Assembly (NCBI RefSeq): GCF_006345805.1
Contig: NC_042998.1
Location: 88,350,001-88,414,000 of the forward strand
Source of the DNA: Octopus sinensis
Taxonomy: Eukaryota
Direction: 5' to 3'
Length of the DNA stretch: 64,000 nucleotides
The translations under genes were made by a program, and so were the position numbers. The notes below the pieces were generated by a model. That model was not told the DNA's origin. It ran no database searches and worked only from the letters and a program-made list of their open reading frames with translations. Below, one piece after another: positions 46,274-59,240 of this stretch; position 1 is the first letter of the stretch; the number at the start of each line of letters is the position of its first letter.

Positions 46274-47104
46274 CTAGCAATATAACCCGGCGTTGCACGG
46301 GTTTGTTTTTTTAGTTGTGCTTAAAACGACAGACTTTGATGTCGCGTTAACAAAGTTTTGACATAGTTTCAATCTATGAATAAAAGTATAGTGTGGCAAT
46401 GCTTGAGTTTGCTCTGAATGTGCTGCAAATGTGTAATGCCGACTTCAATTGTTGGTATTGTTGGTTAATATTCCTTCTATTAACATTATGGAGAAAAAAA
46501 TTACCCGTAGATTTAAAGCAAAATGAAGCTCAAGTTTCGAACTGCACTGAAAAATCTATTAAGAAGTTAACACTGCAACAGTATTCATTTAGAAAAAGTA
46601 CAGGAAAATCCAAAACGTTAGTAAGAACAGTTCGTGGTTACAAAAAAATGTTATTTTGAAGCCAAGCGGGTGGGCAACATGAATCATGGTTGTACCTGTA
46701 AAATGAATAAAATCGACTATTTTACATCACGAACAACTAAAAAAAATCTGTAAAATCAAAACATATCCATTGAAGGTTTGACTTGAACATCGTAGATAGT
46801 AACAGCATGCAGATCGCACCTTTTCTGGTCGAAATACACCGAAAAATGGTGACACAGCAGTCAAAACATCGTAAAAAATAGGAATTTTCGTAGAAAAAAA
46901 GCACTTTTTGGAGTAAATAATTTTTGGTCTTAACATGATCCGAGTTGAATTTTTTCTTCTACGGAATGAAGAGCAAGCCTTCCTCTATCATACTCTCAAT
47001 TTTAGTCAGCTTATGCCGCAGGGTCTCGGAGGAGATAGTGTTAGTTGAAGGCTACCAAACCTGCCACACACACACAGACAACTTCAGCTTTATATATATA
47101 TAGA
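46274..47104 (-). mobile_element. Non-autonomous Helitron, 831 bp, both termini intact
   Basis: Minus-strand 5' end TCTATATATATATAAAGCTGAAGTTGTCTGTG at 47104. 3' hairpin cccgtgcaacgccggg then CTAG at 46277-46274. Inserted between A and T with no TSD. Confidence 0.85.
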
Positions 47105-47213
47105 TTATATTATCATAAGATTGTAAATAAAACGTGAAAGTGAAAATCAGAGCTGGAATTTCTTTGAGTAATATATATGTGCGTGTGCGTGTGCATGTGT
47201 GCATGTGTGTGTA

Positions 47214-47255
<42 letters not shown>

Positions 47256-47399
47256 TGCGTGTGTGTATACACGCGCGCACGCACACACACACATATAGTT
47301 CAAATTTATAGAAACTCAAAAATTCGAAGACAGGTGTAGAAACATGTAAGTGTATTAGTTTGACGCTCGGGAAAAATGGAAAAGTCTTTTAGGTTTATG

Positions 47400-47744
47400 T
47401 ATGTATACACATACGCACACACACACACACAAACAAACACAAGCACTCACATACATACATACATACATACATACATGCATACATACATACATGCATACAT
47501 ACATGCATGCATATATACATACATACATGCATACATACATACATACATACATACATACATACATGCATGCATGCATACATACATACATACATACATACAT
47601 ACATACATACATACATACATGCATGCATGCATGCATGCATGCATGCATACATACATACATACATACATACATACATACATACATACATACATACATAAAT
47701 ACATGCATACATACATGCATACATGCATACATACATACATACAT
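47400..47744. repeat. Long (TACA)n/(TGCA)n array
   Basis: Direct reading; resumes at 48255-48328 after the REL insertion. Confidence 0.95.
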
Positions 47745-48254
47745 ATAGTAGAAGCTATAGCCACTCATAATAAAAAGGAATACTTCTGGAATGTACCAGT
47801 GAAGACCTCAATAAAATGTAAGCACAGCAGACCTGATATAACGATGGGATAAAGAGGAGAAATTGTGTACAGTTGTGGAAATTTTCTGCCCAGCGGATGT
47901 TAACATAAAGCTGAGCACTAGTGAAAAATAGAATACCTACGCTGAACTATTGAGAAATCTTCAGTTACTCTATCCAGATTACAAGTTCAGGTTTATACCT
48001 GTAATTATTGGGATTCTGGGATATGTAACACACTGCTTAAATACGAATCTTGATAAATTAGGCTTCTCAAAACCAGAAAGCTAATTTGAAGACAACAGAT
48101 CCAATCCATCGCTGGAACTGCAAAAATCTGTAAAAGCTTTCCAGAAGTTTATCATTTAAATATATATGAGCACGTCTAGATATGCAACTATTTTCATGAA
48201 AAGCATACATAAAGCAAAACATACAAATCTACTCATATACATAGATGCACACAC
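47745..48254 (+). mobile_element. 3' end of a second REL-endonuclease non-LTR retrotransposon (R4-clade-like) embedded in (TACA)n
   Basis: KEYFWNVPVKTSIKCKHSRPDI, frameshift, WDKEEKLCTVVEIFCPADVNI...YAELLRNLQLLYPDYKFRFIPVIIGILG, then QIQSIAGTAKICK. Collinear with the PD...D/E REL domain of the 6781 element. Short 3' UTR, then (TACA)n. Confidence 0.85.
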
Positions 48255-49860
48255 ATACATACATACATACATACATACATACATACATACATACATACAT
48301 ACATACATACATACATACATACATACATAAATCATCAGTTGTCTTAAATTCCCACTCTACACATGTATTTTTCGCAGCCTTCAGCATTGACTTCACCGAC
48401 CTCAGGGGCTCAGCGAAGGCCAAGGGTACATCTTACGCAAGACATTTCAATACACGAAAAACATAAGCATTCAATGTTTTACGTGAAGTAGAACTTCAAA
48501 TGAAATATGTTGCCTTTTTCAGCAGGCTGGACTACTAAATGTAATTCTAACTCTTGTTTATCTTTTGATGAAAAGGAGTTAGAGAAGAAATTCTAATCTC
48601 GACTCCACCATGTTTTCGTCAGTCACATTGATGATTCACGAAATTTGATGCCCGAAATTCTTAGGTTACATAGAAATCATTCCTGATATTGTAGATATTA
48701 TACTACTGAAACCTGTAAATTTGTCATTTGCTTAGATGTTTGTGTTACCAGGAGCTTCTAGAAGAATCATTACCCACAAATGCACAAATCAACAGCGACT
48801 AAGAAATTGAGGTTGTTGAGAAGTCAGAGAACCAACATACTTCCTTTAGAACACAGTAAAGTATTTTATTTTGAAGCGATGAGCAAAACAAGTCACTGAA
48901 GGCCTAGAAGTCTGTTAACCTTAGCACTCATTCAGCTTGTTATTCATCCCCTATGTCAGGAAATGTACCATTAAGGCAACTGTAGAGGACAATGCAAAAG
49001 AAGGTTGCTATAGTTACACCACTGTATTTTCTCGTAAATATGCTCTCTCCTGTTGTCGTATGCGTCAGCCACGATCAGAGAAGAGAAACTTATTACAAAG
49101 GATCAACAGAAAATACAACTACACAATACTCGCACATTAACGTCCATTCTAACTGGCCAATTCACTCAACAGAAAAATAGTGAATATAGACAGGAGGTTC
49201 ATATTATGATCCAGAAGGGCAAGACATCTTTTTTTCTTCGCATAAGTAATGAAAACTTCGTATAGCATGATGCAAAATTTTAGTGCACGGGCAGTATGTT
49301 ACTTTTTAGGACAAATTCAAAAAGATTGCATATACCGTTTGTCCATAACAATATTAGAAAACCAATTTACTTGCATATATGCATATACATATATATGAAT
49401 ATATACATCCGCACACATACACACACATACACACATACACACATACATACATACATACATACATACATACATACATACATACATACATACATACACACAT
49501 ATATATTTGTATGTATGTATATTATCGATGAGCTTTTAAGAAATAAATTATACATTACATCTTACAGAGGCGTATGACTATGTCATTTATTAATAAGACC
49601 AAACTGAATTTTGTGACGTTCATCTCTTTACTAAAAGCATTTCAAACTGAAACTTAAATATGTATATATATTCTCACTGCTTAGAATTCTCAACATTTCG
49701 AAAAGAACAAGAACGCCCTCTGAGCTAAATGCGTATGTTGTATATGTATTTTTGTATTAGGATTTTGCTTCCACTGAATAGTGATGTTGAAAGTAGATTC
49801 CTTGTGGAATAGAATCTGATTCAAATATTGTGACACGTTTAAAACGTTTCTATCCCTCAT

Positions 49861-50280
<420 letters not shown>

Positions 50281-50506
50281 GAAAATCATAGCTGAAGTCA
50301 AAGATAGCCAGATATTCTGCATTCAGATACCCTAATACTTTGCCGCTAGTGCTATAAATGCTGTTCCTGTTACTGAGATACACGGCGCTGTAGTTCTGAA
50401 CTAAGCTCTGCGAGCCGAATCCGTGATTTAGTTTCATTTACCAGTTGTAGAAATTTTGTCCGAATCACAAACACACGAATGTTAAGCAAACACGCTTCTA
50501 TTTCCC

Positions 50507-50555
<49 letters not shown>

Positions 50556-51701
50556 ACTGGTCTTGTTCTCGGTTAAAACAAGATAGTAATTATAACCAAT
50601 CACATCACATGCTATGTATGTTCTGTTCCTGCCAAAGCTGTGGGGAGAAGGTGAAAACCAACAACGATGCAACCAGTGTGTGTGTGTGTCTATGTGTACG
50701 TGCGTGTATGTGCATTTTTGTGAGAGAGAAAGAGAAAGAGAGAGAGAGGTAGGCAGAGTGTTTAGATGGACTTTGATGCGTGTGGATTCGAATGGATATG
50801 ACAGAGAGTAAGAGAAATGGTGATTGCAAGGATGAGAAGAGACATCTTGTTAACTGTTGAGGAAATATTATGCACAGTTTACGAGCAAAAGAAAAGAAAA
50901 AAATGTGAGTATTAGTTTAAAAGAAAGAAGTGCAACAGCAAGCGAAAAGAGAAGGCTCCAAGATATACAGCGTGAGAAGAGAGTGGAAACTTTTGTGTAT
51001 TTGTGTCTGTGTGTTGTCAGTCAGGTGACAGCGCTGTCTTCGTTATAATCGATTTTTCTTCAATGGAATTAGGTCGATGTAGTTGTGTATGTGTCCCAGT
51101 AAAATCTCGCGGTCGCCAGCTTCCTCTCTTTAGGCTGTTAGATAGAGAACTGAATAGGATCGTATTAAGTCACACACATACACACACACACACACACATT
51201 CACAAAATCACACTCACATACATACATACATATTCACGACACAGGCATTCTATCATGTAACATAGAAAACACACAGGCATATACACATGCATGTACACAA
51301 GCATATTTACACACATGCACATGTAAGTACCTAAGCACACACATACGCACAATCGGGTGTGAATAGAGTCAATATTGAATTTGCCTAGATAACAGATATT
51401 TATCAAATTTCAGGTAAAAACAAAAAGATGTGGTCTTTATAAGCTGGCCTTTTATGAGTAGTACTAGTAGAGCTCATTCTCATACAAGCAATCCGATGTA
51501 AGAGGAGATATTTTTCTGGGGGTTTTTTTTCCCCCCACAGACTCGAAGAAATCTTTTTTTTTTTTCTTAAAGTTCTGTTCTTCAGTAATTTAAAATGAGA
51601 GATAAACAAGTTCTTATGCTCGCAACTTAAGTGGGGTTGTATTAAATGAATAAAACAGGAAACCAGGAAACAACAACTGACACAGTGAATTCTCTTGATC
51701 G

Positions 51702-51758
<57 letters not shown>

Positions 51759-51759
51759 G

Positions 51760-51973
51760 AAGGCAGTGAGCTAACAGAATCGTTAGCACGTCGGATGAAA
51801 TGCTTAGCGGCATTTCGTCCGTCTTTACGTTCTGAGTTCAAATTCCGCCGAGGTCGACTTTGCCTTTCATCCTTTCGGGGTCGATGAATTAAGTACCAGC
51901 TGAATACTGGAGTCGATATAATCTACAAGTCCCCTCCCCCAAAATTTCAGGCCTTGTGCCTAGTGTAGAAAGG

Positions 51974-52060
<87 letters not shown>

Positions 52061-52294
52061 TATTATTATTATTAAGGCAGAGAGCTGACAAGATCGTTAC
52101 CGTACCGGAAAAAAGGCTTAACGGGATTTCGTCCGTTTTCTTTTTCCGTTTTGGAGTTCAAATTCCGTTGTGGTCGACATTGCCTTTCAACCTTTCACGG
52201 TCGATAAAATAAATACCGGTCAACTACTGAGGTCGATGCAATCGACTTATCCCTCCACTCTAAAGCTGCTGGTCCTGTGTCAAAGTTTGAAACC
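51760..52294 (+). mobile_element. Two tandem family A SINEs (51760-51973 and 52074-52294) separated and preceded by (TTA)n
   Basis: Both begin aaggcag.gagct.ac; both contain gagttcaaattcc and gcctttca.cctttc.gggtcgat...aataagtaccag (Meta-domain-like). They carry different 3' tails. Confidence 0.9.
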
Positions 52295-52605
52295 ATTATT
52301 TTTAGTTATTGACGAGATTTTTCTATTCCAACCAATTTACGAACAGAATTGTTTGCCAGTTTACTAAAACAGCGGATTTAATTTCGATTGTTGCTACTGA
52401 GACGCCTGCTGTTCTGCGCACAGACACACTCACGCACAAACACATACTGAAGTATCGGTGTATATGCAAATAGATATACTTACACACATAGACACTCATA
52501 CTCACACAGATTATATATACATACGTGCACGCACACACACACACACACATATATACATATGCATGTATCTATGCATGTATGCATTTATGCAAATAGGTAT
52601 GCATA

Positions 52606-52648
<43 letters not shown>

Positions 52649-53229
52649 CATATGCATATGCATAGATATATGCTTTGGATTTTTAAATACAATATACAGC
52701 AGGTAGATATATACATGTATATGCGTGCGCATGTACGCGTGTGCATAGACATGCGTGCGTACATGTGCACTAAAAATGCGTGTACATAAACACACAGAAT
52801 CTGCACGAAGAGGCATAAAAAAGATATACAAATGCATTTTCACTCATAACATGTAAACATTTTCACATTCTGAGAATTAGGCTAAGCGTCGTGGTGTATT
52901 TAGTTTTGACAATACGGTACCGTAGTAAATTCCTTACAGTATTAAATTTTTATACCACCAGGTTCTAAGTTCGGGTTCATCTGGTGCGAACTTGTAACAC
53001 ACCAAGGTGAATGCGCCGTGAGGTTAAATCCTACGGGTCAACTCTGCCTTCCATCATTTTGAGAATTGATAAAAAAAAAGTGCCAATCTTGGGCGGTGGA
53101 TTGGCAAAATTATATAATTTTGAGCGCAGTGTTTGTCCTAGTTATATTCTGTTATTCTTTTTCTTTTGAGTCCAACTTCCCCCATGGCTTGCTTGTTTAA
53201 GACTACCAACTGGTCCCTGAATACCTTTA

Positions 53230-54530
53230 GCAGAGTCGGAGTTCGAACATATACTCTACACATCAACTGCGAATGACGACTACGGTTATAATTTCCGCAC
53301 TATCCCATACACTTGCTCTCCCAGTGGGGCATTTATCAAATTTGCCATCGGTCGTGGTCAGGATTAGTGAAGGGTGTGGTGAACTCGTTGGTCGGAGTCC
53401 TCTCAACCCAACTCGGATGAATGCCATCACATGTACACGTAAGTTTAGCAGAGTCTACTCTGTTACAAACATTCGGACAAGCCCCCACCCTCCCAGATTA
53501 AACAGTAATAGAGGCTTCCTAAAGTGTCATGGGCTCAGTCTCTCTCTCGTGTCTAAAAGACTTTTAAAATTGCGCTGAAGTCAATTTTATCACCAATTTC
53601 TCAAGCCTACTCTTAAACACACGCCCTGTTCTTAACTTAATCACACATCTCTCACTTGACCTCTCCTTAATGTCCTCATCTTAAGTGACAATAGTGTTTC
53701 CAATGTTCTCGGCTCTCATCCCACGATGATGCTATTTGGGCAGAACCTAAATCTTAATCAATCTGCACCTTTTTGCTACTTTAGTATTAGTTCCCATCCA
53801 TTGCACTGCATCCCAGACTGATATGCATGTACTCTAAACACCCACGATTTCTTTCTCATCGCCGAACCCAAACTCTACAAAACCATCATGGATTCTATGC
53901 CTATGGAGTCATCCAACTACTGCCTTGTATTGATTATTCACAAGGCATCAACTTGTCACTCAATGCTGCCTCTGTCTTTTGGGTTCATTAAGACTTCAAG
54001 TCAGCTGACTAGTTAGAGCTTCTATGCTATCTACTCCGGAGAAAAACACGTGATATAAACCATCCTCTTAGTAAGGTCCTTCCATATTTCAAACACAGCA
54101 GAAACTCAAACCCCACCAACTACACCAAATTTCTTCACTCTGCACTACTGCGGCTGTATAGCAGTAATTCAGAAAAAGAGCTCCTACCTACAAGACCTTG
54201 AGAATATCATCCACACTACAAACAAGACGGATTTTAGCTACCACCACAACTGAAAAAATATCAACAGAAGCGCAAAGATGTTTCTGGTTGCGCAACCCAC
54301 AAGGTCACCGTCCTTCCAAACAGCAGCTGATCCCTGTTGTCCCGTGCCAAAAAGTTCTTTTCAGATTTTTCAGTATCCTCTTTCTCTATTTTTACAACTA
54401 TGGCAGCTCAGTAAGGAATATTTTCGAGGAGAAAGCCTCCATATTTGCTGCCCATTTACATCAAACTTCAGATTGCACACTAGATAAATGTCCAAAAAAA
54501 TACCCACCAAACTCATCATGGGCACATACA
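53230..54530 (+). pseudogene. Possible heavily decayed CR1/Jockey-group LINE (AP endonuclease and linker)
   Basis: Weak motifs in plausible order: TNIR (cf. .NIRGL), QLVTQ (cf. QLV..PT), CFW, EEKASIFAAH (cf. EKANLFA..F). Confidence 0.35.
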
Positions 54531-56040
54531 TGAGAAGTGAAAAAGTGGCTCCGGTCGTTTCACGTCATAAGACTACCAGTCCAGTCAGTCCCCTTTCCAT
54601 TACTCTCACAACAATATACGTCTAAGGACCACCCATTCGTTTGCTTGTATTGTTCAGAGTAGTAGCAGCGATAATGTGAAACTGATGAGTATCTCGTTGT
54701 CTTTTAGTTCTGACTTAAATTTCTCCTCTGAGGAAATTTACTCTACAACAAAGTGTCATATCCGGGGAGATTTATATTTCTTCTTAACACTCGGGAACCA
54801 GATATGGAAAATGGCTCTTTGGGTCATTATGATTGGCACGTGGATTGACTTTAGCTGTTCATTTACATTCTCATACTTTCTCCATTTTTCTATTATATAT
54901 GTTTTGTTTTTCTTCACCTACATCTAGAATCGATAAAATATGTACCACTATGATACTCTTCTTATTAATTTGTTCGACTATTTTCTTGACTTTTTAAAGT
55001 CTTTTGTTTCTCAGCAAAAGAAAACACATTTTTTAGTAAGTTATTGCGGCTTATTTTCGTTTCTGATTTAGTTCTTAATAAATGGATTTAGCCAAGTAGG
55101 TAAGTGAATTTGGAGTCCAAATGTTTTGCTTAGAAAACAAAGAAGTAAAAGAGATAAAGCAGCCAATCAGAAGTGAAAACAATGCCAGAATGTCGGCAAG
55201 TACTATTGGCAATGTAGCCAAGGAACTGGTCGAAATTTGATTAATATTTCGACCACACATTAAACATTAATCCAATGCCAGAGTTGTTGAGTAGTTAATA
55301 TTCTGTGCTCCGGACTACAAAGCCTGTAAGTTCACACCATAGCCGTACCTACTTCAATTTATTATATTATTAATATGTATTTGATAGAGCCCAAAGATCG
55401 ACTTTGGTGACATCTAAACTCAGAACATCGGGAGATGAAGTATAGCACTTTAGAACATTTAGTTTAGCGCTTTTTCTCAGTCATTTCTATTACTCTTACA
55501 TTGCTGTAGTGTTGTCCTGTAAGTATGTCGTAGAATGATGATAATCTCTACGAGAAACGGTATTTATGATATCGGTTCTTGTTCGAGCCATTTTTTAAAC
55601 TTCATTCTGTGTATTCTTCTCAGCTAACTCCATTCTATGTATTCTTCTCAGCTAAGACGGTCAACAACTCGAAATTTCTTGAAATGCCTTGGAATGTGTT
55701 GAAACAGAAGACCTGGTTTAAAAAGATTATTTGTTTTTGTTTTATTCCTTTATCTAATCAATTTAAGTGTCTTTGTAAATCTGTTTAGGCATGAGACATT
55801 GAGAAAGCTTTAGTATAGCCCTTATGTACATAAAAAGAAACAGAAACAAAAAATCTAAAGCAAAGAAAAAGAAAGAAGTACATATAAAGACCAGCTGTTT
55901 CTGTTGTTAAATCTTTTAGTAGCCTCTATAAATTGAAAGATCACGTTTATGGTCGGTGGCGCCTTGAAAATAAATTACAACTTCAACCTAGGTAACTTTT
56001 TTAAGACCATTATTAAATGTTCTCTCTCTCTCTCTCTCCC

Positions 56041-56082
<42 letters not shown>

Positions 56083-57182
56083 GCTGGTAATTTTCGCATT
56101 GAAACAAATAATATTATAACGTTTCTCAATAGACTCCACAAGAACATAAAGATGATGCCATTCGACCTGTTCATTAAAGAAATATTGTCCGATCGAAGCC
56201 AACAGTCTTTCTTAACTTTGCTCAGGAGCTGATTCGTTATATACGTTGGTATATCTGACTATAATAATGGAGGATTAAAGTTTGATAGTTTATGTCTTAA
56301 TTCTTCTCAATATTTTCCATCCTTGACCAATTATCCTCTTGCTATATGATTTAAAACGTGATTGATTTGAAATCTAGACTAGTATTTCTTTTTGAGTTGC
56401 CTCTTTTGTCAATTCATCTGTTTTTCAGTTTCCCTTAATATCTGCCTTACCTAGCATCCAACTCATTGTTACTTGTTTATTATTTCCTGGTAAAATATCT
56501 ATTTTTAACCGAATACTTTCGATTCTTTTTTTTAATCCAACCTCCTTTCCTTCACTAGAATAGTTGTAAGTTTGATAAACTATTTTAACAAATGAATGCA
56601 CACAGCCACAAGAAGTTCTCATACTCGCTTTCAAAACATTATCAGTGTAAGTAAAGTGAAATAGCTTTAATTCAATTATCATTATCGTAGAGAAAATGTT
56701 ATCAGTAAGTCAACAATTTTGACGACCTGATTTAAAATCTAAGCTGGAAACATTCTGACTTAAAACGTATTCTCTTATCTCTTATCTTTTTACATTTCAT
56801 GAATTATGCCTGAATAAAAACAATGCTTTCGGTACTGTTATGGAAGAAAGCCACATAGTTACTGATAGAGTGTCAATTCTAGGATTGAACGGAATTTCTT
56901 CAATTCCTATCTCTAAAGCTTTTGACATTGTAAATATATCAACTTTGCACAATCCAATTTGACCCCACATATAAAAGTTTAGGCTCTATATTCTATACAA
57001 AAAAAATTGGCCTTTTTTCTTGAAGTTTATTAAATGCACACACATACACGCATACACACACAGAAAAATGTATGCGTGTAAAGATGTTTATGTATATATA
57101 TAGAGAGAGAGGGGGTGAGGGGAGGGAGAGAGAGATAATGAAAGGAAGAGAGAGATATGAGAGCCCTTAGTATATATATATG

Positions 57183-57217
<35 letters not shown>

Positions 57218-57234
57218 TATATACACACACACGC

Positions 57235-57331
<97 letters not shown>

Positions 57332-57333
<2 letters not shown>

Positions 57334-58137
57334 ATCAAAACAGAACTCGGTGCGCTACAGAACTCGGACTAGTTCTGTAGCGCACCCACAGAATGACATC
57401 GCTGTGTTTACCTCGCAAGTTGTGAAATATGTGTTTTTGTAATCACGTGAAATTTTGCGTTAAACTTGGGAAGTCTGCTACAGAGATATTGAGCATGCTT
57501 CGGCAAACTTATGGGGCGAAGCAATGGGTCGTACGCAATGTTTCGGGAGGTACAGGCGCTTCAAAAGCAGAAGAACGTCCCTGGAAGACGATGAGTGATT
57601 TGGAAGAGTGCCACCCCCGGAAATGTGGAGATAATTCATCAGCTTGCGCAGGAGAATCCTCGGAGGACAATCAACGACGATGCTGATGTTGTTCGTCTGT
57701 CGCATGGATCCATGCAAGCAATCCTAACGTCTGGATTCTTCACGATGATAATACACCCTGTTACCGAGCTCTCCTCACTCGTGAGTTTCTTACCAAAAGC
57801 AACATGCTATCGCTTTCACACCCTCCCTGTTCACCAGATTTAGCACCTGCGGACTTCTGTCTCTTCCCCAAGATGAAAAGGCAGCTCAAAGGTCGCCGTT
57901 GTCTGGATCAAGAGCTCAAAGGTCGCCATTGTCGGGATCGAGAGCGAATCGTAAAAAGTCCTCGATTCACTTACGGAAAACAACTTCTAGGCCGGATTCC
58001 AAAGTAGTAGCAACGCTGAGTCCGGTGTATTGCTGCGCAAGATGACTATTTCGAAGAAGAATATGTTAAAATTAGGCAAATAAGTTGTTTTTTTTTTAAA
58101 CAAAACTAGTCCACGAACTTTTTGATAGTACGTCGTA
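57332..58137 (+). mobile_element. Internally deleted mariner-type transposon
   Basis: VKFCVKLGKSATEILSMLRQTYG (HTH), SHGSMQAILT, then directly LSHPPCSPDLAPADFCLFPKMKRQLKGRR, so the first two catalytic Asp regions are missing. Right TIR 58106-58135 plus TA. Left TIR remnant (atcaaaa...ggactagtt) beside (TA)n. Confidence 0.88.
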
Positions 58138-58144
58138 GACAAAA

Positions 58145-58300
58145 GTTCTGAGATTTTGGGGAAAAGGTTAGTCGATTACATCGACCCCGACGCTGAAAGA
58201 ATGAAAGGCAAAGTCGACGTCAGCGGAATTTAAGCTCAGAGCGTAATGACGCTAAGCATTGTGTCCGACGTGTTAACGATTCTACCGGTTCGCCGCCTTG
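58145..58300 (-). mobile_element. SINE family A
   Basis: gtcgattacatcgacccc...tgaaaggcaaagtcgacgtcagcggaatttaagctcagagcgta...ctaagcatt...aacgattctaccggttcgccgcctt. Confidence 0.8.
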
Positions 58301-59145
58301 AGCAAGACTAGATAATGCAAGACGTTTAATCGGACATGTTATTATTTCTACCACCAGCCAAAACTGAAGTGGCGGAAATAATTTATAAAATATTTAGTTT
58401 CATTTATCTAAGTTCAGATTTCGAATTTCGTCTTTCATCCCACAATAAATACAAGGGATATTCGAGGATAAGTTTCAGCCGTCTTTACCCCTAACTTACA
58501 AAATTTAACTTTGTGCTAAACTAAAGGGCTTATGACTTTGTTAGAGAAGCTAAGATCCTCCTCTCTTTCCCCAATCATAACTTTTTTCATGGCCTCATAA
58601 GGGAAAATATATTCTCAATGCAGTGGCTTGACACGAAGATATCTACTGGCCAGGTAGTGGTGCTAAACTGGTTGACTAATTACGTCTAGCAATAACGATA
58701 CCGCCGACATGCTTCCACGTTATTTACACCTACGAAATTTATTCAGGTTGACCTGAGAAGATACTTTTCAAAGATACTCCACGCTGGGATTAAATTCGAA
58801 ACCACATAGTTACGAAACAAACCTCTTAACCGCACAGCTATGCCTGCGTCCACTAAAATACGAAGTATTAACCGCGTCAATGAAACAATATATTGTCAAT
58901 TCAGTAGATTGATAGACAAAATGTATTGTGATTGATAGACTAAATGTATTACAATATCCATATAAAATTCTGAAATTAAACCCATCTGGGAAGCAATCTT
59001 GTCTTTCATTATTCCAAATGGATCCATTTAATTGAGTCCGATTATTGGCTCTTGATTTCATAAAAAACATCTTCCATAGTAAATGGTTAACATTTTCCTG
59101 TTCTGGTTCTTATTGCTATTGGTGTTACACAGTTAGTAATTACTC

Positions 59146-59240
59146 TTCTTTTCTTCTTCTTCTTCTTCTTCTTCTTCTTCTTCTTCTTCTTCTTCTTCTT
59201 CTTCTTCTTCTTCTTCTTCTTCTTCTTCTTCTTCTTCTTC
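59146..59240. repeat. (TTC)n microsatellite
   Basis: Direct reading; explains the poly-L and poly-K ORFs. Confidence 0.97.

Noticed and set aside
48376-48422. HDV-like ribozyme on the minus strand (P1 GGCCUUC/GAAGGCU with G:U)
   Set aside because: P3/L3, P1.1 and the J4/2 catalytic strand could not be built; it is only a simple hairpin.
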